Assembly (NCBI GenBank): GCA_035687745.1 | Contig: DASRVA010000023.1 | Coordinates: forward strand, 12,060 to 76,059 | Direction of reading: 5' to 3' | From: Gemmatimonadota bacterium | GTDB lineage: Bacteria > Gemmatimonadota > Gemmatimonadetes > JACCXV01 > JAHWKZ01 | Length of the DNA stretch: 64,000 bases | Shown: positions 47,516-57,000 of the stretch, one piece after another | How positions within the stretch are numbered: position 1 is the first letter of the stretch | Layout: every line of letters starts with the position of its first letter | The notes under the pieces: model-generated | Databases searched by the model: none | What the model saw: only the letters and a program-made list of their open reading frames with translations | What the model was told of the DNA's origin: nothing | Program-made: the position numbers and the translations under genes

Positions 47516-48229
47516 ATGTCTTCGTCCGCGCACCCGGCCGCCGTCACGACCCGCACGCTCGCGGACCGATTGTGGGTCGCCGAGCACCCGATGAAGGCGA
47601 TGGGGATGGAGCTCGGCCGGCGCATGACGGTCGTCCGGCTGAGGGACGGTGGACTGTGGCTCCACTCCGTCGGACGTCTCACGCCGGAGGTTCGCGGCTG
47701 GCTCGACGGCCTGGGCCGGGTCGCCTTCGTCGTCTCGCCGAGCCAGGCCCACCGTCGCTGGATGGAGACGTACGCCACGGCCTACCCCGACGCCGCGCTC
47801 GTCGCCTCGCCGGGCCTCGCGGAGAAGCGCCCCGACCTCGCCTTCCACCGCACCCTGGGCGACGTACCCGAGCCCGAGTGGGCCGGAGATCTCGACCAGG
47901 CGGTGTTCCCGGTCCGGGGTCGCTACGGCGAGGTTGTCTTCCTGCACCCGCCTACCCGGACCCTGATCCTGACCGACCTGTGCTTCCAGATCCCGGCCGG
48001 CCGCGGTCTCGTGACGACCGCCCTGGCCCGGACCTTCGGCTATTACGAGCGGTGCGCGGCGAGCCGCCTCCTCAAGCTCATGCTGGCCGACCGCGCGGCC
48101 GCCCGCGCGGTCCTCGGTCGGATCCTGACATGGGACTTCGACCGCGTCATCATCGGCCACGGCGACATCGTCGAGTCGGGCGGCAAGCCCGCCCTGGAAC
48201 GCGCCTTCGCCTGGCTGTTGAAGGGGTAA
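47516..48229 (+). CDS. DUF4336 domain protein
   Basis: Conserved VVFLHPPTRTLILTDLCF block. Confidence 0.6.
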   Translation: MSSSAHPAAVTTRTLADRLWVAEHPMKAMGMELGRRMTVVRLRDGGLWLHSVGRLTPEVRGWLDGLGRVAFVVSPSQAHRRWMETYATAYPDAALVASPGLAEKRPDLAFHRTLGDVPEPEWAGDLDQAVFPVRGRYGEVVFLHPPTRTLILTDLCFQIPAGRGLVTTALARTFGYYERCAASRLLKLMLADRAAARAVLGRILTWDFDRVIIGHGDIVESGGKPALERAFAWLLKG

Positions 48230-48244
48230 GATCTTAAAACCACG

Positions 48245-48362
48245 AGGCCGCTCAAGACGGGCGAGATCAAGGCGCGTGAGGAGGGACGTCCGAGGCGCAC
48301 TGTAAAGTGCGCCGCAGGACGGCACGACGAGCGCAACGCAGATCTCGCCCGTCTTCAGCGGC
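48245..48362 (-). terminator. Large compound hairpin immediately after the gdhA stop: 23-bp inverted repeat (1 mismatch) enclosing nested hairpins, followed on the minus strand by GGUUUUAAG
   Basis: Arms are 48245-48267 and 48340-48362. Inner stems CGTCC/GGACG and GCGCACT-gtaa-AGTGCGC. Confidence 0.45.
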
Positions 48363-48363
48363 C

Positions 48364-49674
48364 TTACTGCACCCCGTAAGCGAGCATGGCGTCGGCCACC
48401 TTCCTGAACCCCGCCACGTTCGCCCCCCGCACGTAGTCCACCCGGCCGTTCGATTGCCCCTGCTCCACGCATTGCTCGTGGATCCGGCGCATGATCCGCT
48501 GGAGCCGCTCGTCGATCTCCTCTCTGGACCAGCTCATCCGGATCGCGTTCTGCGTCATCTCGAGCCCGGAGATCGCGACCCCGCCGGCGTTGACGGCCTT
48601 GCCGGGCGCGTGGAGGACGCCTGCCGCCGCCAGCACCCGCGCCCCCTCCGGCGAGACCGGCATGTTCGCGCCCTCGCAGACCGCCCGGCAGCCCCCTTTC
48701 GCCAGCTCGCGCGCGTCTCCCTCCTGGATCTCGTTCTGCGTCGCGCAGGGGAAGGCGAGCTCGGCGGGGATCGACCACGGCTTCTGCCCCGCCCTCCACT
48801 CGAGCCCGAACTCCCGGGCGTACTCGCTCAGGCGCCCATGGCGGTTCGTCTTCAGATCGATCAGCCAGGCGAGCCGCTCGGCGGTGACACCGTCCGGCTC
48901 GTGGACGGTGCCCTCCCGATCCGAGAAGGAGACCACGCGCGCGCCCAGCTCGAGGAGCTTCTCGGCCGCGTACTGGGCCACGTTGCCGGAGCCCGAGACC
49001 ACGCACCTGCGGCCCTCGACACCGTCGTGCTCGCCCAGCATCTCGCGGGCGAAGTACACCGCTCCGTAGCCGGTCGCCTCGGTCCTGAGGAAGCTCCCGC
49101 CGTAGGCGGCGCCCTTCCCGGTCAGTGCACCCGTCCACTCGTTCTGGAGGCGCTTGTACTGCCCGAACAGGTAGCCGATCTCCCTCGCCCCGACGCCGAT
49201 GTCGCCGGCGGGGACGTCGACGTCCTTGCCGATGTACCGGAAGAGCGCGGTCATGAACGACTGGCAGAAGCGCATCACCTCGTCGTCGGAGCGTCCTTTG
49301 GGGTTGAAGTCGGATCCCCCCTTGGCGCCGCCCATCGGCAGGGTGGTGAGGCTGTTCTTGAGGGTCTGCTCGAATCCCAGGAACTTGAGGATGCTGAGGT
49401 TGACGGAAGGGTCGAACCGGAGGCCGCCCTTGTAAGGACCGATCGCGTTGTTGAACTGGACGCGATAGCCGCGGTTCACGTTGACCTTGCCCGCGTCGTC
49501 CTCCCACACCACCCGGAACATGATGACGCGATCGGGCTCGGTCATTCGCTCCAGGATCCGTTCCTCGGCGTAACGCGGGTTCGCCTGGACGACAGGGATC
49601 ACGCTCTCGGCGACCTCGTGGACGGCCTGGTGGAACTCCGGCTCGCCCCAGCTTCGCCGGACCACCTCCTGCAT
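48364..49674 (-). CDS. gdhA: NADP-specific glutamate dehydrogenase
   Basis: Catalytic lysine region LTTLPMGGAKGGSDF. Full-length alignment to GdhA. ATG at 49674. The upstream part of track ORF 48364..50157 overlaps the aquaporin gene and was not used. Confidence 0.9.
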   Translation of the reverse strand: MQEVVRRSWGEPEFHQAVHEVAESVIPVVQANPRYAEERILERMTEPDRVIMFRVVWEDDAGKVNVNRGYRVQFNNAIGPYKGGLRFDPSVNLSILKFLGFEQTLKNSLTTLPMGGAKGGSDFNPKGRSDDEVMRFCQSFMTALFRYIGKDVDVPAGDIGVGAREIGYLFGQYKRLQNEWTGALTGKGAAYGGSFLRTEATGYGAVYFAREMLGEHDGVEGRRCVVSGSGNVAQYAAEKLLELGARVVSFSDREGTVHEPDGVTAERLAWLIDLKTNRHGRLSEYAREFGLEWRAGQKPWSIPAELAFPCATQNEIQEGDARELAKGGCRAVCEGANMPVSPEGARVLAAAGVLHAPGKAVNAGGVAISGLEMTQNAIRMSWSREEIDERLQRIMRRIHEQCVEQGQSNGRVDYVRGANVAGFRKVADAMLAYGVQ

Positions 49675-49688
49675 GAAGTCGTCGACGT

Positions 49689-50339
49689 TCAGGCGCTCGC
49701 CTCCGTACCGGGGCTCTGGAACCGGTACACTCCCGCCGCGACGAACGCGCCGACCAGCGGCGCCACCACGTAGAGCCAGGCGTTCGCGAAGGTCCCGCCC
49801 TCGACCAGGCCCTGGAACAGGATCGGGCCGAGCCCGACGGCCGGGTTGAACGCGCCCCCCGAGATCCCGCCGCCCGCGTAGGCGCCGGCCGACACCGTGA
49901 AGCCGATCGCCAGGCCGTAGAAGGAGTTGCCCTTCGTCCCGGGATCCGTGGCCGTGTGGAGGACGACGAGGGCGAGGGCGAAGGTGAACAGGAGCTCGAC
50001 CAGGAGGGCCCCGACGACGGTGGCGGTGGCCCCTGGCGCCGGCGCGTACGTGTCCCAGGTGATGGCCCAGGTCGCCGCGGCCCCCAGGAAGCCGCCCACG
50101 AGCTGGGCAATCCAGTACGGAACGACCTCCCCGGCCCTCATCGCCCCGCGCGTCCACACGGCGAGCGTCACCGCCGGGTTGTAGTGGGCCCCGGAGACGT
50201 GTCCGCCCATGTACACCATGACCATCAGCGCGGACCCGATGGCCAGGGGTGCGCCCGGAACCTGGCCGATCACGACGAGTCCGATCGTCAGCACGAGGAA
50301 GAAGGTCCCGATCGTCTCGGTCAGGAGCTTACGCGCCAT
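49689..50339 (-). CDS. Aquaporin/MIP-family channel
   Basis: Two NPA motifs (GAHYNPAVT, GGAFNPAVG). Confidence 0.85.
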   Translation of the reverse strand: MARKLLTETIGTFFLVLTIGLVVIGQVPGAPLAIGSALMVMVYMGGHVSGAHYNPAVTLAVWTRGAMRAGEVVPYWIAQLVGGFLGAAATWAITWDTYAPAPGATATVVGALLVELLFTFALALVVLHTATDPGTKGNSFYGLAIGFTVSAGAYAGGGISGGAFNPAVGLGPILFQGLVEGGTFANAWLYVVAPLVGAFVAAGVYRFQSPGTEASA

Positions 50340-50452
50340 GATCGCCTCCGGTGGGAAGAACGTAACCGCGTCAGCCTCGCTCTAAGACGATGGCCGTGCG
50401 ATGTATCTAAACCGGGCTCTCGACCGGAATCAAGCGCCCCGGGGAGAGGGCT

Positions 50453-53400
50453 TCAGGGGGCGGTGCCGGCGCGGTCGACGGGCTGGACGTGGGGGCCGAG
50501 GCGGGCATTCCGTGGATGGTCCAGGAACGCTTCCCGCCGGTCGGGGGGCAGGTTTTCCGCGAGAAGAAACATGGCCCGGGCCGCTCTCGACAGAGCCATC
50601 GCCTCCGCCGGGGCGTCCCCGAGCGCGGCGTGCACACCGGCCAGCCGCTCGGCCGCAGCCCGCTCCAGCGAGACGATCCCCATCCGCGCCGCCTGCTCCA
50701 CGACCTGGCCCAGCTCCTGGACCACCCGCGGGTTCGGCTCGGGCGCGGCCTCGGCATCCGCATGCAACCAACGGAGAAGGGTCGAATAGGGAAGGCTCCG
50801 GATCTCGAGCCCCGCTTCCCGCCCGGGATCCGGCCTGCCGGCCCGGATCGCGGCCCGCCGCCGGTGGGCCGCGGCCAGGGCGATCTGGGTGGGAGCGGCG
50901 TGGTCCCGGGCTTCGGCCTCCGCGCGGGCGAATACCAGGACCGCCTCCTCCCACCGGTCCCGGGCGATCAGCAACCGCCCTTCCCGCAGGAGGATCTCGT
51001 GGAGCTCCTCCGGCCTGGCGGTCTCCTCCACGACCGCCCGCGCCTCGACCAGCGTCTCCGCCGCGAGGTCATCGGCGAGCATCCGGTACCAGGCATCGAA
51101 CAGGAAGATCCGGGTCGTGACCCGGTTCACCGGACCGAGCACGGTGTCGCCCCGGTCGCGGCAGATGCGCAGGTGGCGGACCGCGTCGCCGAGCCGGCCA
51201 AGGGCGATCTCGCAGTCGGCCCGGTTCTGGAGCGTCACGTAGCGCGCGAACGACCAGCCGATCTCCTCCAGCACGCGCTCGGCCCGGTCGAGCGTCTCCA
51301 GCGCCTCCCGCCACTCACCGCGCTCGGTCGCGACGCGCCCCAGGTTGTTCAGCGCCGAGTAGCGCATCTGCCGATCACCGATCGACTCCGCCGCCTCGTA
51401 GGCGTCCCGGTAGTACCGCTCCGCGTTGTCCAGATCCTCCCGCAGGTCCAGAAAGACGCTGCCGATGTTGAGCAGGCACTTGGCCATCCCGAGCCGGTCG
51501 CCGTCGCCTTCTCGCAGCTCGAGCGCCCGCGAGATGTGATCGAAGGCGAGGTCGGGCAGCCCCTGGTAGTGATGGACCAGTCCCAGACCGTTGTGGAGAT
51601 CGGCGGCGAGTCCCGGCTCCCCCTCGGGAAGGTTTTCGAGCCCCGCCTCGTAAAGGCGGGCCGACTCGGGCAGGTCGCCGCGATACCAGGCCACCCTGGC
51701 CCGCCGCTCCATGCCACGCACGATCCATTCCCGGCGCTCCTCCACCCGCCCCCGGTCCTCCAGCCGGCCGAACCATATCTCGGCCTCGGCAAGATCCCCG
51801 CGCTGGATCAGGACGTCGCCGAGCGTCCGGGCGAATCCCGCCCGCTCGACGGGATCCGGGAGGGCGTCGGGATCCGGTCCCAGGACCTCCGCGGCCCGCC
51901 GCAGGTACCTCTCGGCGGTCGGCAGATCGTAACGGGAAAACGCGGCCCTGCCGGCGCTCCAGAGGTGGGGGAGCGCCGCTTCGGACAGCCCCGCCAACCA
52001 GTAGTGGTGCGCGAAGAACTCCGCCTCGAGATCGCGACGATCGGCGAAGAGCTCCTCGCCGATCCGGGCCGCCGACTCGTGGAGGACGTTCCGTACGCTC
52101 TGGAGCAATCCCCCGTAGGCCACCTCCTGCATCAGCGCGTGCCGGAACCCCCGCTCCTCCGGGCCGAGCTCCTCGATGAAACCGCGCTCCCTGAGGGCGT
52201 GGACGGCCGGCTCGAAACCGATCGGCTGGGATTCGAGCGCGTACATCCGCGACAGGAGGCGGGTCGGGAAGTGCATCCCCAGAACGGCGGCCATCTGCAG
52301 GAGGAGCTGAAGCGGCGGCTCCAACCGGTCGATGCGCGACTTGATGAGACCCTGGACCGTTCCCGGAACCGAGCGCCGGGCGTCACCGCCGGCATCCGTC
52401 CAGTCTCGCACCAGCTCCTCGAGAAAGAGGGGGTTCCCCTGGCCGCGCCGGATCAGCTCCCGCCGGTCCTCGGGGGCGAGCTCCTCGAGCCGTCCGCCGA
52501 CGAGCGCCTCGGCAGCGGCGTCGTCGAGCGGGCCGATCGTGAGCCGCTCGACCCCGGACAGACGGCCGTTCTCCCCCCCGGGCCTCGAGGTCAGGAGAAC
52601 GGGAATTCCCTTCTCCGTCGTCGCCGGCACGAGGAAGTCCAGGAGCTCCTGGGCCGTCTCGTCGGCCCAGTGGACGTCCTCGAACAGGAGAACCATCCGG
52701 CTCCGCCGGGCGGCGGCCTGGAGCAGCGCCGTCAGCGCGAGCCACCGGTTCTGCCGCGCCGCTTGTGGGTCCTCCCCGGTCGGCCGGACTTCCGATCCGT
52801 CTCCGTGGACCTCGCGCAGGAGGCCGTCGATCCCGCGGCGGTGGGTTTCGAAGGCGGGCCCGAGGAGATCCCGCGCCCGCTCCTCGGCCGAGCCCTCCCC
52901 CTGGCTCGCCAGGCGATCGAAGAGCACGACCTCGGGCGCCCGCTGGCCCGGCAGGCGGATCTGCGAGAAGGCGACCGTGAGCGCCGGGAGTCCGGATTCC
53001 GCCAGGGATTCGGCCACGAGCCGGCTCTTGCCGTTGCCGGCCTCCCCCTCGACGACGAGCGCTCCGGCTGGAGCGGTGCCGGCCCTCTCGAGGAACGCCT
53101 TCAGGCGGGTGAGCTCCTCCTGGCGGCCCGCGAACGGGCTCCACGCGCGCACGGGGCTGGCGCCGCCCCCCGAGTATCGCACGATCCGGAAGGCCCGGAC
53201 CGGCTCGCTCTTCCCCTTCAGGGCAAGTGGCGGCAGCTCGACCTCCTCGAATCGATCCTCGATCCGGCTCTGGACGGCCTCGCTCACCAGGACGGTGTTG
53301 GGCTCGGCCGCCGACTCGAGCCGCGAGGCCACGTTGACCGTGTCCCCCAGCACCGTGTACTGGAGCTGCATCTCCGACCCCAGGTGAGCGGCCACGACCT

Positions 53401-53908
53401 CGCCCAGATGGATGCCGACCCGGAGCGCCAGCGGGGTATCGGCGCCGGCGTTGTAGTCGGCCAGCACGTCGAGCATGCCGAGCCCTGCCAGCACGGCGCG
53501 CTCGGCGTCGTTCTCGTGGGCCAGCGGGGCGCCGAAGAGGGCCATCACCGCGTCGCCGATGAACTTGTCGACGTACCCCTCGTAGTCGTAGACCGCGCCG
53601 GCCAGACGCTGGAGGAGGGTGTTCATGAGGAGCGTCACTTCCTCGGGATCGAGCCGCTCGCTGAGCGCCGTGTATCCCTTGAGGTCGGCGAACAGGACGA
53701 CCACCTCCCGGCGATCGCCCCGGAGCTGCGTCCGGGCGGCCTCGAACTTGGCCCTGAGCCCAGGGGGGAGCTCGATGGGCGGGGCGACGCCCGCGGCCTC
53801 GGGAAGCGCCGACTCCGCCTGAAGTGGAACCCGGGTTCCACATTCGGGGCAGAACTTTGCCGCTTCGGGGAGACCCGCACCGCACTCGATGCAGAAGCTC
53901 ATGGGCAC
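50453..53908 (-). CDS. Zinc-ribbon + class III nucleotidyl cyclase (CHD) + STAND/AAA+ ATPase + TPR multidomain protein
   Basis: N-terminal CIECG...CPECG zinc ribbon. Cyclase motifs VVVLFADLKGYT...GDAVMALFG. Walker A GEAGNGKS. C-terminal TPR repeats. Confidence 0.85.
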   Translation of the reverse strand: MPMSFCIECGAGLPEAAKFCPECGTRVPLQAESALPEAAGVAPPIELPPGLRAKFEAARTQLRGDRREVVVLFADLKGYTALSERLDPEEVTLLMNTLLQRLAGAVYDYEGYVDKFIGDAVMALFGAPLAHENDAERAVLAGLGMLDVLADYNAGADTPLALRVGIHLGEVVAAHLGSEMQLQYTVLGDTVNVASRLESAAEPNTVLVSEAVQSRIEDRFEEVELPPLALKGKSEPVRAFRIVRYSGGGASPVRAWSPFAGRQEELTRLKAFLERAGTAPAGALVVEGEAGNGKSRLVAESLAESGLPALTVAFSQIRLPGQRAPEVVLFDRLASQGEGSAEERARDLLGPAFETHRRGIDGLLREVHGDGSEVRPTGEDPQAARQNRWLALTALLQAAARRSRMVLLFEDVHWADETAQELLDFLVPATTEKGIPVLLTSRPGGENGRLSGVERLTIGPLDDAAAEALVGGRLEELAPEDRRELIRRGQGNPLFLEELVRDWTDAGGDARRSVPGTVQGLIKSRIDRLEPPLQLLLQMAAVLGMHFPTRLLSRMYALESQPIGFEPAVHALRERGFIEELGPEERGFRHALMQEVAYGGLLQSVRNVLHESAARIGEELFADRRDLEAEFFAHHYWLAGLSEAALPHLWSAGRAAFSRYDLPTAERYLRRAAEVLGPDPDALPDPVERAGFARTLGDVLIQRGDLAEAEIWFGRLEDRGRVEERREWIVRGMERRARVAWYRGDLPESARLYEAGLENLPEGEPGLAADLHNGLGLVHHYQGLPDLAFDHISRALELREGDGDRLGMAKCLLNIGSVFLDLREDLDNAERYYRDAYEAAESIGDRQMRYSALNNLGRVATERGEWREALETLDRAERVLEEIGWSFARYVTLQNRADCEIALGRLGDAVRHLRICRDRGDTVLGPVNRVTTRIFLFDAWYRMLADDLAAETLVEARAVVEETARPEELHEILLREGRLLIARDRWEEAVLVFARAEAEARDHAAPTQIALAAAHRRRAAIRAGRPDPGREAGLEIRSLPYSTLLRWLHADAEAAPEPNPRVVQELGQVVEQAARMGIVSLERAAAERLAGVHAALGDAPAEAMALSRAARAMFLLAENLPPDRREAFLDHPRNARLGPHVQPVDRAGTAP

Positions 53909-54025
53909 AAGCCTTGACCTGAGCGTTCCAAGCCGGGTATTGTAGGGTGCGCTGTCATTTCCCCACGGTAACCCTCCAGGCCCGACAGCATCCAGGTGTG
54001 CGCACTCTTCCTCCCAGGAGGTAGC

Positions 54026-55270
54026 ATGCTTCGAGCCTTTCTATTGTCACTGAGCCTGGCCGCAACCGGGTTTTTCCTGGCCTGCAACGAAGGGTCGGTC
54101 GACCCTGTCGCCTCGACCGGCGAGATCGCGGGTGCCGGCAAAGTCGACTGCCCGCTCACGGAGGAGATCGCCGACGTCTTCAGCGACGCGGGGCTGAAGA
54201 ATGCGGTCACCAAGCAGTGCCAGAACATCGCCGGCGAGCTCGATCAGGGAGACACTCCCGGCGCCGTCGAGAAGGCCTTCAGCCTGATCGACAAGATTCT
54301 CGGGCACCACGCGGACGGAGAGACGACAGGCGATGACGAGGCCGCCGCCACTCTCCTGAACGCGCTGCTCGAGTTGGTCGGCCTGGAGGGCATCTTCCCG
54401 GCCACGGTCGACGAGAATACGGGGGGCGGCACCTGCGACAGCGGCGGCTGCACGATCGTGAACCAGAGCGGTCTGGCGGGCATCAGCGTTCCGCCGCAGA
54501 CGTCCGAGGGAATCGGCATGTGCTACATCACCTTCAACCTGCTCGATTTCAACCCGGACCTCTTCGCCGGCTTCGACAACTACCCCTTCCAGTTCGATTA
54601 CGAGATCGTCTGCGCGGACGAGGCGACCGGCGGTTTGGAGCTCGCCCAGGAAGAGGCGATCTACGACCCGCCCGCCATCGTCGGGGTCTGCTTCGCCGAC
54701 CCGCCGCTGGGACCGACCCTCGAGGAAGTTCCGAACGAGAACCGGCAGCTCGCCCACCTGCCCGACGGGGAAGAGGAGCCCGAGCTCCTGCCCGTCGCGG
54801 AGGCCACCTTCCTGAGCGACGAGGACTGCGCGGAGGCCAGCGACGGCGGGGAGGCCTCGCTGCCCTTCCGGGCTCTCGCCAAGCTCGAGCCGATCTCCGA
54901 GTTCTTCGTCTCGCCGCTCTGGGCCAACCCCGGCCGGCTGGGAGGCGCGATCGCAGCCCACAGCCCGATAGGCCCGGTGGACAACCGGGGGGTGGAGGAG
55001 GACGGTGGCATCGAAGGCACGGTGATCGGTTGCTTCGAAAGCGTCGTCGCCGGCGCGCAGGTCGATCTCTTCACCAGTGGTGAGGAGCTGTTCGGCTCGA
55101 CCACCAGCGACGCCAGCGGGTTTTACAGCTTCACAGAGGTCCCCCCGGGCGACTATTTCCTGACAGCCTCGTCCCCTGGTCTCACTTTTTCGTCCGAGGA
55201 GGCGACCGTCGTCTCGGGCGAGACAACGCAGGTGAACATCGGACCGCCCACCTCGGGTTGCATCGGCTAG
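54026..55270 (+). CDS. Lipoprotein, paralog A (C-terminal carboxypeptidase-regulatory-like beta-sandwich)
   Basis: ATG at 54026 with SD CAGGAGGT. Lipobox FFLAC. C-terminal VIGCFESVVAGAQVDLF...SGFYSFTEVPPGDYFLT region. Paralogous to 55599..56915. Confidence 0.65.
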   Translation: MLRAFLLSLSLAATGFFLACNEGSVDPVASTGEIAGAGKVDCPLTEEIADVFSDAGLKNAVTKQCQNIAGELDQGDTPGAVEKAFSLIDKILGHHADGETTGDDEAAATLLNALLELVGLEGIFPATVDENTGGGTCDSGGCTIVNQSGLAGISVPPQTSEGIGMCYITFNLLDFNPDLFAGFDNYPFQFDYEIVCADEATGGLELAQEEAIYDPPAIVGVCFADPPLGPTLEEVPNENRQLAHLPDGEEEPELLPVAEATFLSDEDCAEASDGGEASLPFRALAKLEPISEFFVSPLWANPGRLGGAIAAHSPIGPVDNRGVEEDGGIEGTVIGCFESVVAGAQVDLFTSGEELFGSTTSDASGFYSFTEVPPGDYFLTASSPGLTFSSEEATVVSGETTQVNIGPPTSGCIG

Positions 55271-55301
55271 CACCTTTCGGGCTGGGCCGGAACGCGAAGT
55301 C

Positions 55302-55336
55302 GGGGGCGATTCCTCAGGAATCGCCCCCTTTTCTTG
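55302..55336 (+). terminator. Rho-independent terminator after lipoprotein paralog A
   Basis: Perfect 12-bp stem GGGGGCGATTCC-tca-GGAATCGCCCCC followed by TTTTCTTGT. Confidence 0.6.
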
Positions 55337-55598
55337 TGGATTCAGGAAGCGGGGCTCGGCCGAATCCCGCCGAAGTGGAATGGGAATTCCCATGTGCGCG
55401 GACGGCCGCTTCCGTTTCCGTGGCCGCTCCCTACCACCCCTCTACAGCCGCCCGCCCCGCCTTTCCGTGGTGACGGAAAACGTCTTGCAGCCACCCCGGA
55501 GGCTCTCGTATGCTTGCGTTCCCTCGTGCGATGCGCGGCTCTCGACCGCGCGGTACTTCCCCCGGGCAGCGAGACCCCCTCCTCGCCAAGGAGGCTAT

Positions 55599-56915
55599 AT
55601 GCATCGCACGCTCCATGTCGTCCTGTTCCTGTCCTCGACCGCGCTCCTGTCCGCCTGTCAGGGATCGGGCGACCAGCTCCCTTCCGCTCCGGCCTCCGGC
55701 GAGGTTTCATCCAGCCCCGAGGCGGAGCAGATCCAGGAGCTGATTCGGGCCGTCTTCCCCGAGCCGGGCCTCGAGGACGCGACCCTGGCGCGCTTCCGCA
55801 ACATCGAGCGCAAGCTCGGCCAAGGGCTGACCGATGAGGCGATCGAAATGATGTTCGCCGAGATCGGGTTCACGCTCCATCATTACGAGAAGGGTCGGCT
55901 GGAGGGTGATCCCGGCCCGCTCATCAATGCCTGGCTCGCGTTCGTCGGGCTCGATCCCATCGCGCCCGATCTCGATGACCCGGACGCGGCGTTCGTGATG
56001 TGCGTCGGCGCAGAAGGATGCCGGGCCATTACCGGGACCAGGTTCGCGGGCGTGGTGTTCCCTCCCGGCGCCCTTCCCGGCACGCACTTCGTGTCGATCC
56101 GGCGGCTGGGGAACGATCCCGGTCCCTTCGACGATTTCGGCTTCCCGGTCGGCGAAGGGTCGTTTCCGCTCTTCTACGATTTCAGCATCACTCCGGAGAC
56201 CGGCTTCGGCCCGGGTGTGGTCGGGGGCGTCTGCGTCGTGGACCCGCCCGACCCGTTCGCGCCCCCCGATCCGGTCGTCGGTCGGCTGCGGCTAGCCCAT
56301 CTGGTGGAAGGGGCGGGGGGACCCGAGGTCGAGATCCTGCCCCTCGCGAACGCCGACTTCCTCGACTGCACGGGGGCCTCCACGGCGCCGGCCCTGACCG
56401 GTCTGGACGCGTGGGGGGCGCGGACCCTGGCGGCGTTCGAGCCCCTGTCCAACTTCCTGGTGGCGCCCCTCTGGGCTTCGCCGGGAAGGCTCGGGGCCAC
56501 GATCGCGGCGTTCAGCCCGTTCGGGGCCGTCGATCCCGAGTTCGAGGAAGGGCCGGGAGAGCCGGTGCCGACGACGACGATGCTCGTATTCCAGGATCCG
56601 ACGCTGATCGCCGGGCAGGTCACGACCGCGACCGCGACCGTGGCCCCACCGCCCGACGATTCCCTGGCCCCTTTCGTCAACATCGTGTTCTCGAGCCTGC
56701 CGGGCGGGGCCGGAACGACGGTCGTCGCACCCCTCGAAGACGGGGAGGCCGTCATCACGGTCAAGTGCGACCCGCAGAACCAGTTCCCCGACGACGCGGA
56801 CGTCGAGGTCCGGGTGACCGTCTTCGCGCGCGCGGTCTTCCCGGGGGTGGAAGGGTTCCTTCCCAGCGCCTCGAACTCGTTCCAGATCCTGGCCTGCTCG
56901 GCGCCCATCGGGTAG
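55599..56915 (+). CDS. Lipoprotein, paralog B
   Basis: ATG at 55599 with SD AAGGAGG. Lipobox LLSAC. Shares blocks with paralog A (LAHL..G...PE...LP.A.A.FL.......A....L....A...EP.S.F.V.PLWA.PGRLG..IAA.SP.G.VD). Confidence 0.65.
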   Translation: MHRTLHVVLFLSSTALLSACQGSGDQLPSAPASGEVSSSPEAEQIQELIRAVFPEPGLEDATLARFRNIERKLGQGLTDEAIEMMFAEIGFTLHHYEKGRLEGDPGPLINAWLAFVGLDPIAPDLDDPDAAFVMCVGAEGCRAITGTRFAGVVFPPGALPGTHFVSIRRLGNDPGPFDDFGFPVGEGSFPLFYDFSITPETGFGPGVVGGVCVVDPPDPFAPPDPVVGRLRLAHLVEGAGGPEVEILPLANADFLDCTGASTAPALTGLDAWGARTLAAFEPLSNFLVAPLWASPGRLGATIAAFSPFGAVDPEFEEGPGEPVPTTTMLVFQDPTLIAGQVTTATATVAPPPDDSLAPFVNIVFSSLPGGAGTTVVAPLEDGEAVITVKCDPQNQFPDDADVEVRVTVFARAVFPGVEGFLPSASNSFQILACSAPIG

Positions 56916-56946
56916 TCGGGATCCTGCATCCCGGTCCGAAATCAAG

Positions 56947-56980
56947 AAGGGGCGGCCGCGAAACGCGGTCGCCCCTTTCT
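56947..56980. terminator. Bidirectional terminator hairpin between convergent genes
   Basis: AAGGGGCGGCCGCG-aaa-CGCGGTCGCCCCTT with T-rich flanks on both strands. Confidence 0.5.
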
Positions 56981-57000
56981 CAGGTCTCCGATGCCCGGCT

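Noticed and set aside
55381-55392. GGGAATTCCC as a eukaryotic NF-kB-like site
   Set aside because: Coincidental; treated only as a bacterial palindromic operator candidate.
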